Source: Giardia intestinalis
Lineage: Eukaryota
Length of the DNA stretch: 64,000 nt
Strand: one strand, 5' to 3'
Assembly: GCA_000002435.2 (NCBI GenBank)
Contig: CM018790.1
In this document: positions 57,464 to 64,000 of the stretch, in pieces
Position numbering within the stretch: position 1 is the stretch's first letter
How the letters are laid out: each line of letters opens with the position of its first letter
Notes under the pieces: model-generated
The model's input: the letters and a program-made list of their open reading frames with translations, nothing else
Database searches by the model: none
What the model was told of the DNA's origin: nothing
Made by a program: the position numbers and the translations under genes

Positions 57464-60298
57464 CTAGGACACCGCTTTCATTAGGCCAACTAGGTAGTCA
57501 ATGTTCTGTGTGTGAACCTTAGTCTCCTCTAAGGTATCGTCACCAGGGGTGGGTACTATCATGGGTAATGACGCTGGCGAATCTGTAAGCAAAGGGGCAG
57601 AAACAACAGTGTCATCTCGCGCCTTGAACAGCTGGGCTATATTTGGCTGCTCAGCCTCTCTCCACTGACGCACCAACTCCGCCCCTGCCTCTGAGGACGG
57701 AAGGGTGGCCTGTTCTGAGAGTCTATTTGGCAGATCAGGTGCGTCAGCAAGATGGTCAAATAGTTGTGTTGGAAAGAGTGACCTGATGATTCCCTCTGAC
57801 CATTCATTCGAATCTATGAGTCTTTTGAAGCAGGGCTCTTTTTCTGGAGAAACTGTATTGCCAATGAGATTACTTCCAAGGGAAAGCTTTTGAAGATATC
57901 TAAGTGGGATGCATGGACGCTGTGAATCTATCAATCGAGTCAATCGAGATAGGAGGGCATGAGCATGAGCTTGCAAGTAAGGGCTAGACATGTCGTTAAC
58001 CCATGAGAGGATCTTCTCTGCATGACTCTGTATGTAGACGCATGTGATGCCCAATGAGGGAGGCTTACTGTTCACCTCTGCATCATCATTCAGGTCAGCC
58101 TGAATGCTATCTCCTCTTTGTGTCTGAAGAAGATTAATCACCTTCTCGTATGATAGCAAGGAAGCGTCCCCTTGATTTTCTATAAGTTCATTTATGGGAT
58201 ACGTCAGAAGGCCACCCAGATCTTTGCTTCCCTGAGCAGACCAATCTATAACAACTTTCTCGCCAGATAAAAATACAAGAGTTATCTCTGCACTGAACCT
58301 GGCGTATTCAGGTGTATCTAGATCTGGGTTCCTTTTGGTAGCAAAACAATCAAGAAGCTTATCCTTCTTAGTAATAAACACACCGATTCCTTCGGCTGAT
58401 GCTTTGGCCGACTCTGACATCTGTGGCAGTGGATAGTAACTTGCAAGAGTTGCCATCAGCGACGCAACATCTTCCTCTCTGTAAGCTCTAGAGTTGTGGT
58501 GTGTGGTTGCAGTACAGGTCACAGCTGACCTTCTCTTGGGCCCAGTGGGTTTGAAGTTAATGAATACGCCTGTTATGTAATTATATCCCCGAAGATCTAG
58601 ACTACCAAGTAGAGCGCCATGGGGTGTAAGTGCCCGGAGATGGAGCATTTCACTCTCAACCTTCATTATCATTGGCGTCCGCCATAGCCTCATGCTCCGG
58701 ACAGGCGCTTGCATAAGTAGGTATGGCGGTGAAAACACTATCCCAGCGACATCATTGTTTATGCCAATCACCAGCGATGCTACCTGTGCAGCGGTTAGCA
58801 GCAAGACTAGCTCCAAAGACCTTGTGACATTGACTCCGGAAAAAGTTTCCACAGTGGTATCAGTCTTATTGATACGAAGGAACGGAAGTGTTGGCTCTTG
58901 GATGGACTCATTTGGGGTTAGAGGGAGGCTATGAATAGCACGAACCGGGGCACTTTTATTTAGCGAATGCCGGAGTCTGATGAGTGGCTCAACGAGGTTC
59001 CTCTCCGAAAACACCCACAAAAAATCTGCGTCTGCAACAAGGATGTGGTTGTTTCGGCAATATTGGAGGGCAGTGAAGGAGGTTCTATCTCCAACTTCAC
59101 AGAAGCACTCCCTAGCATTAGAAAATGCAGGTTTTGGTCTCGCCTGCTTTGAGCAGTCTACGAAGCTGTTACCAAGCTTTTTAGATTTGTGCATTGCGCT
59201 GCTTGTGAGGATGTTAGCAGCTATTGGAACTGTTGAGAAGAAGAGCCTGTCTCCATAGGCAACATAAACTCTGTCTGGATAGACTCCGGAGAATAGCACT
59301 AGTGGTTCCGGTGGTAGCACTGGGATATATCCCAATGGCGTTGCTGATGACGAATAGGGCTGTATTCTCGGCAGAGCTAACTCTGCAACCATAGCGACAG
59401 TCGAGTAGTGCCCATAGCTAGGCGCGGGGTCCTTAGTTGCATCCATATCTGCGTTACGTTGGACTACTGCTGCTGCAAGCAAATTGTCACTACTGACAAA
59501 CACCCTGACGGTACCATCCCAATGTGCTACGCAAAAAGCAATCTCTCTGGAAACAGCAGGGACATCCGCCCATGCCCTGCTTATTGCCACGCGACTGATG
59601 GACCGATCCATTCGAACATAGTGTACCACGGGATAGAAGTAAACGTTGGCAGCCTGATAAAAGAGCTTAGCCACATCCTTACAGCCGTAGTGCGACAACT
59701 TTCTTTGTAGTACACACATTTCTATGTCACTAAAGATGATTACTCCATATATCTCATAGATTGTACGCACCACTAGAAGGTGCCTATCCACATGCACGCT
59801 GCAGACTACGCCTGAAAACCTAAAAGTATGTGCTGCTGCTTGGGGTGACCCTGTTTGTACAGAAACAAGGACGTGGCGATAGTTGGAGACTTCTGCCGTA
59901 AGAAACTTAGACGCAGCGTAGTAGCACTCTATATTATAGGCCTCAAATGGGTGTGCAGGATAGCATGCCGTGTTAACAGCCTCTAAATCGACTAGTTCCT
60001 TATACACAGCGGCTGATACTTTAAACGGGCAGGCTTCTATTAACGGCTTTGAAGCCAAGGCGCGTGGAGCAAAAGACCGCATTGGCATATAGACTGTGTT
60101 TTGTGCTTCTCTGCTCGAATCCATGTATGCAGCTAGCTGCGCTTCTTGAGCTATACTTCTTTGATTACTATGTAACATATGTGAGTTTCTAGCCAAAACA
60201 GGTCCCAAGTGCCCAATACCAGAGTATGTCGTCAGAGATCCCAGATAAAGTGGTTCTGGAGGAAAGGAGACATTGGGAGGATGGCTAATGTCCCCCAT
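57464..60298 (-). CDS. hypothetical protein, 944 aa
   Basis: ATG at 60298, 26 bp from the divergent CCCH gene. Long coding-like ORF. No family recognised. Confidence 0.5.
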   Translation of the reverse strand: MGDISHPPNVSFPPEPLYLGSLTTYSGIGHLGPVLARNSHMLHSNQRSIAQEAQLAAYMDSSREAQNTVYMPMRSFAPRALASKPLIEACPFKVSAAVYKELVDLEAVNTACYPAHPFEAYNIECYYAASKFLTAEVSNYRHVLVSVQTGSPQAAAHTFRFSGVVCSVHVDRHLLVVRTIYEIYGVIIFSDIEMCVLQRKLSHYGCKDVAKLFYQAANVYFYPVVHYVRMDRSISRVAISRAWADVPAVSREIAFCVAHWDGTVRVFVSSDNLLAAAVVQRNADMDATKDPAPSYGHYSTVAMVAELALPRIQPYSSSATPLGYIPVLPPEPLVLFSGVYPDRVYVAYGDRLFFSTVPIAANILTSSAMHKSKKLGNSFVDCSKQARPKPAFSNARECFCEVGDRTSFTALQYCRNNHILVADADFLWVFSERNLVEPLIRLRHSLNKSAPVRAIHSLPLTPNESIQEPTLPFLRINKTDTTVETFSGVNVTRSLELVLLLTAAQVASLVIGINNDVAGIVFSPPYLLMQAPVRSMRLWRTPMIMKVESEMLHLRALTPHGALLGSLDLRGYNYITGVFINFKPTGPKRRSAVTCTATTHHNSRAYREEDVASLMATLASYYPLPQMSESAKASAEGIGVFITKKDKLLDCFATKRNPDLDTPEYARFSAEITLVFLSGEKVVIDWSAQGSKDLGGLLTYPINELIENQGDASLLSYEKVINLLQTQRGDSIQADLNDDAEVNSKPPSLGITCVYIQSHAEKILSWVNDMSSPYLQAHAHALLSRLTRLIDSQRPCIPLRYLQKLSLGSNLIGNTVSPEKEPCFKRLIDSNEWSEGIIRSLFPTQLFDHLADAPDLPNRLSEQATLPSSEAGAELVRQWREAEQPNIAQLFKARDDTVVSAPLLTDSPASLPMIVPTPGDDTLEETKVHTQNIDYLVGLMKAVS

Positions 60299-60324
60299 GG
60301 GGATTGAACTTTTTTCAAAGCAGG

Positions 60325-60645
60325 ATGGATGATCTTATGGTGTCGCTTATGAAACTGGAAACCTTGAACTCCAACTATGCACGGAGCATTGTCAAGGACT
60401 ACGCAGTAGAACACAGCCAGGACCCTATCCTGGAGCCCCCCGTCACTGAAGGTCGCTGTCAGATACCCACATGCCCTATACCCCGCCAGACAAAGCTGGA
60501 CAAAGGCACAGTCATCATAGAGGCCTTTCTACCAACAATGTACCTCAAGACTGCCCGGAAATCCATGGTTTGCCGGTTTTACCTTCAAGGCAGCTGCACC
60601 AGGATCAACTGCCCATACATCCACCCGCCGCGGCACGCAGACTGA
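60325..60645 (+). CDS. small CCCH zinc-finger protein
   Basis: The track start 60304 is TTG. The first ATG is 60325 (MDDLMVSL). C-terminal CRFYLQGSCTRINCPYIH is C-x7-C-x4-C-x3-H. Its stop lies 1 nt before the next gene's ATG. Confidence 0.45.
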   Translation: MDDLMVSLMKLETLNSNYARSIVKDYAVEHSQDPILEPPVTEGRCQIPTCPIPRQTKLDKGTVIIEAFLPTMYLKTARKSMVCRFYLQGSCTRINCPYIHPPRHAD

Positions 60646-60646
60646 C

Positions 60647-62626
60647 ATGATAATGGGACACGGTGGGGAGCTTAATGTAAATGACCCAGTCCGGTGTGCT
60701 TTAAAAACTTTGTCGATGGCGTCGCGGCACTGCCCGAGCCCCGAAGACTGGTTTTCTGCAGCCATTAATCAAGAATATGCTAGCGTAAGCAAATGGATCG
60801 GGGCTATGGCTCGATCCGTAGATGGGAATGGAGAAACAGCTCTAATGAAGGCCGTTCGCGCGCAGGATTCCCAAATGGTGAAGATCTTAGCGAAACACGA
60901 AGCAGGAGAAACTAACGACAAGGGATACACGGCTCTTATCATAGCTGCTATCAATAATCTCGGTCCTTTGTGTGCAATCCTTGCTCCTTTAGAATCTAAC
61001 GTCACTCTTTCCGGTGGACGGACTGCTCTTATGATGGCAGCTTCTGTGAGTGCGTGTTCCTCTATAGAGGCCCTAATACCTACTCAATATGGTCGAAGAG
61101 ACGACAACGGCATGACTGCTCTGATGTATGCTGTCACATATGGTAACATAGACGCAGCATCCGCGCTAATAGATTGCGAGAAGCGTATCCTATCCTCTGA
61201 TAACAAGAGCGCGTTGATAATTGCTGCAGAGCACTACCGCAAAGATATGATCCGGCTCCTTTACCCCTACGAGCATGGCCTACTACCAGATGCAGAGAAA
61301 ATAGTGTTAGCTCCTTATGACCTTGTCACTAGTAACACACAGCATGGCAGTGGCTCCACTAGGTCTACGAGCTGCTCTGACGCTAGGCCCGAGTCATGCA
61401 AGCAGCCAAGATCCAAATCGGCATCATTCTACCAGCCGTCTCGGTCAAGCTCCTTGACTTCAGCACCACACTTCGTTCGCACAATCTCTACTAATTTCTT
61501 GTCAGATCGTCAGAGGTGCAGATCTTCTCTCGATTTATCCTGGAGCGAGTCTCATGCGCCTCACAAGATACGCTCAATTCGCATCAAGTTCTCTCCACAA
61601 AGAGGTGGGAAACCCTCACACTTTGGTGCACCACAACCACGACAACAGCGAGCTAAATCCTCAGGTGTCCCTGAGTGCTCTGACCATGCTATATCATTAG
61701 CACAGCGACAACTTAATGCGCCACGGTACGGACAACATGAGAGTCGTAAGCTACTTCGTACAAGTCCTTACAGGAAGGCCTTCTCTAAGTCACCCATTAA
61801 GGCGCTCGTCAAGGCAGACCAGCAGACCGCGGAACGGCAGCATTCTGGTACTTGTCAAAAACCTGCAAAGTCGCGACAATCCAATGAAGAGTTTTGCAAT
61901 CAGTACTTTCCTGAAAAGGGTGAAACCGGCGTGCCACACAATAATATGCATCATCAGTTATCTAGCGACAAACCACAAGGCGCACTGCGAGGGCGCACGG
62001 CATTCACGCCCACCCCTACACCGAAGCCAAGCGGGACGAAGCATGACCTCCTTTCTGCGTTAGGACAACACATTTTAACACTAGAGCGCAGACTGCTGAA
62101 GAAGGAGCAGGAGCTGCAGGCACTTGTTAGCCTTAACAAAGGCCTTCACAGAGCGGCAGTAGCACCACATGGGCAAACCAGCATACAGCCTACGTATGAG
62201 ATAACATTTACACAGTGTGCCACGCAAACAGAAGCAAAAGAAGAATACAATGTCTCACGCGGTGTACAAGACCCTATGCTTTCATGCGCTGCACGCCCTG
62301 ACACCATGAAAAAGCTGCAAGAGAACGCGTACCTAAAGCAGCTCTGCACTAGTCTATCCCTTGTAAAAGAGGATATCCTTTCGCTATGCACTGCCGCTCG
62401 GCAAGAATGTACACCGCAACGACAACTAGCACCTGAGTCATCAAAAGACCCAGGATTCCTTGATCATGAGCTTGAGGACGATACATTTGTAGTTTTTGTT
62501 CCGTGTAACCATCTAATAGACTTAGCATATTTTGTTATGAAAAGCCATGGGGAAAAGAGCATATCTATTACAGAATGCCCGCGCTGTGGCGTTCAGCCAA
62601 CTTCTTTCATTACCGTTAAGATGTAA
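60647..62626 (+). CDS. ankyrin-repeat protein (Protein 21.1-like) with Ser-rich middle and a C-terminal RING/U-box-like Cys-His motif
   Basis: N-terminal ANK units (GETALMKAVRAQD, GYTALIIAAINN, RTALMMAASVS, MTALMYAVTYGN, SALIIAAEHY). C-terminal LCTAARQEC...VPCNHL...ECPRCG. There is no A/T-rich initiator upstream (gcacgcagactgacATG). Confidence 0.65.
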   Translation: MIMGHGGELNVNDPVRCALKTLSMASRHCPSPEDWFSAAINQEYASVSKWIGAMARSVDGNGETALMKAVRAQDSQMVKILAKHEAGETNDKGYTALIIAAINNLGPLCAILAPLESNVTLSGGRTALMMAASVSACSSIEALIPTQYGRRDDNGMTALMYAVTYGNIDAASALIDCEKRILSSDNKSALIIAAEHYRKDMIRLLYPYEHGLLPDAEKIVLAPYDLVTSNTQHGSGSTRSTSCSDARPESCKQPRSKSASFYQPSRSSSLTSAPHFVRTISTNFLSDRQRCRSSLDLSWSESHAPHKIRSIRIKFSPQRGGKPSHFGAPQPRQQRAKSSGVPECSDHAISLAQRQLNAPRYGQHESRKLLRTSPYRKAFSKSPIKALVKADQQTAERQHSGTCQKPAKSRQSNEEFCNQYFPEKGETGVPHNNMHHQLSSDKPQGALRGRTAFTPTPTPKPSGTKHDLLSALGQHILTLERRLLKKEQELQALVSLNKGLHRAAVAPHGQTSIQPTYEITFTQCATQTEAKEEYNVSRGVQDPMLSCAARPDTMKKLQENAYLKQLCTSLSLVKEDILSLCTAARQECTPQRQLAPESSKDPGFLDHELEDDTFVVFVPCNHLIDLAYFVMKSHGEKSISITECPRCGVQPTSFITVKM

Positions 62627-62656
62627 TATCAATTCCAGGCAATTGTACAACTTTAG

Positions 62657-64000
62657 TTAAACTGCAGGGTTGAAGTGGTCGCGGGCCGACTTCATAAGAC
62701 TCAAGTATGTTTGGTCTAGAGATGGCTGCGCCACGGTGAAATCAGTTATTGTTCCATTTTCCTTTTCAGTGATCAATCGTCTGAACAGGGTCGCTAGAGA
62801 AATATTCGCCAGCTGGAGGTTGTAGTACCGTACGCTTGACCACGACTTTTTACTGGGTGCAGTCTCATCGAGGTGTTCTCCGTGTCTACTTCTGAGCTCT
62901 CTGTCCAAGTTATTTGCAGCAGATGTCTCTTCAATTGGATATTTGATAGTAACAAGAATCCTCCCTGTATTCATCATTTTTATTTCTGACGGCTTTCCTA
63001 CGCAGATTACACGGCCTTCATACAAGAACACAAGCTTCTTGCAATATGTGTCGGCATCTTCCAGAGAGTGGGTTGACACTATGATGGTTCGACTGTGTGC
63101 CAGCTCATGGATTGCCGTCCAGACTTTGAGGCGAGCCGTGACGTCCAGTCCAGACGTGGGCTCATCCAAAAGCAGTATGCCAGGGTTGTTACATAAGCTA
63201 CAGGCAACTGATAGACGCCGCTTCCAGCCACCAGAGAGCGTTGACACCTTCTTGTCCAGATGCTGCCTCAGACCGAGAAAGTTGTGGTCCATAACCTGGC
63301 TATATATATTCCACAGGCTTCTGTTGTCCTCTGGAGATGTATGGGAGCTGTTTAGGAGGGAAATCTTGTGATAGCAGATCAGGTTTTCCCGAACAGTGAG
63401 AGGCTCGTAAAGAATGGCATCGTCCTGAAGACAGATGCCTAAGGAAGCTGCCATTCTTGTCCTAGCAGCTGTTGTTGCCTTTACCACCGACTTCCCATTG
63501 ATGTACACGTCTCCAGCTGTGTAGGAATGGAGCATCACTATAGACTTGAAGAGGGTTGATTTTCCGCAGCCGTTAGGACCAACAATGCAGATGATATTTT
63601 CCTCCCTGCTTATAGTAAAGAGTAGACTGACATCTTTGAGTGCTTGGATAAACTGCACGCCTTTCTGACAGCCCTTTCCCTTTACCTCATATGTCTTGGA
63701 TAGATTGCATACAACAATTCGTCCAACAGCATCTGTGGGCGAATGAAATCGCGTCTCGTTAAGCTCTCTTTTAACTGCCTCCATCTCCTTGTGGACATTT
63801 AACATGAAAGGGTCTCTTGCCTGTGTTTCTGGAATGGTAGTGTCTTGCTGCGTGGATGTGCTATGTAACAGGCCGGCGTCGATGGGCTTACCCTTCCTTT
63901 TCGAAGAAAACTTATAGGGCCTGTCAAATATAGTTACTAATAGTGCCATTAGCAATCCATAGATGAGGGTGAAAAGAATGTATAGTAAAAGCTTTTTATC
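62657..64000 (-). CDS. ABC transporter (ABCA-like), C-terminal part: last TM helix plus nucleotide-binding domain; 5' end beyond the right window edge
   Basis: Walker A IVGPNGCGKSTLFKSIV, signature LSGGWKRRLSVACSL, Walker B ILLLDEPTSGLD, H-loop VSTHSL. The track start 63955 is TTG. The frame stays open to position 64000 and encodes a TM segment (LLLYILFTLIYGLLMALLVTIF). Stop at 62657. Confidence 0.75.
   Translation of the reverse strand, partial: DKKLLLYILFTLIYGLLMALLVTIFDRPYKFSSKRKGKPIDAGLLHSTSTQQDTTIPETQARDPFMLNVHKEMEAVKRELNETRFHSPTDAVGRIVVCNLSKTYEVKGKGCQKGVQFIQALKDVSLLFTISREENIICIVGPNGCGKSTLFKSIVMLHSYTAGDVYINGKSVVKATTAARTRMAASLGICLQDDAILYEPLTVRENLICYHKISLLNSSHTSPEDNRSLWNIYSQVMDHNFLGLRQHLDKKVSTLSGGWKRRLSVACSLCNNPGILLLDEPTSGLDVTARLKVWTAIHELAHSRTIIVSTHSLEDADTYCKKLVFLYEGRVICVGKPSEIKMMNTGRILVTIKYPIEETSAANNLDRELRSRHGEHLDETAPSKKSWSSVRYYNLQLANISLATLFRRLITEKENGTITDFTVAQPSLDQTYLSLMKSARDHFNPAV

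Overview
This is a gene-dense, apparently intron-free eukaryotic window of about 49% GC that looks like diplomonad (Giardia-type) nuclear DNA. It carries three NEK-family kinase or pseudokinase genes fused to ankyrin repeats with the characteristic 'TALMYAA' repeat units, plus one ankyrin-only protein with a RING-like C-terminus. Many genes have short A/T-rich initiators directly in front of the ATG, intergenic spacers run from 1 to about 100 bp, and several 3' ends overlap. I call about 33 protein genes. The better-supported ones are a V-ATPase d subunit, serine palmitoyltransferase subunit 1 (LCB1), an FHA-domain protein, a Pirh2/RCHY1-type CHY-RING E3 ligase with a truncated paralog, a SCY1-like pseudokinase, RNase P/MRP subunit Pop4, a minimal Fip1, FAD synthase, a START-domain protein, a Cet1-like TTM protein, a secreted LRR protein, an IFT-A-like WD40-TPR-zinc-finger protein, a 2292-aa WD40/coiled-coil giant, and a partial ABCA-like ABC transporter. 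The most unusual locus is at about 49.0-50.0 kb: a roughly 70%-GC island holding a truncated Tc1/mariner-type transposase DNA-binding-domain ORF immediately followed by a tRNA-Val(CAC), both lying antisense inside the 3' end of a long host ORF. Other anomalies include a perfect 14-bp palindrome spanning two divergent start codons, two gene pairs that may be frameshifted single genes (or, for one, a stop-separated in-frame pair), a signal-peptide gene with no in-frame ATG, and two unusually long ORF-free intervals that may carry ncRNAs. The supplied ORF track uses non-ATG starts (GTG/TTG) for several ORFs, so a few N-termini were re-set to the first ATG. A large minus-strand ORF covering 1-5056 is absent from the track because it runs off the window edge.
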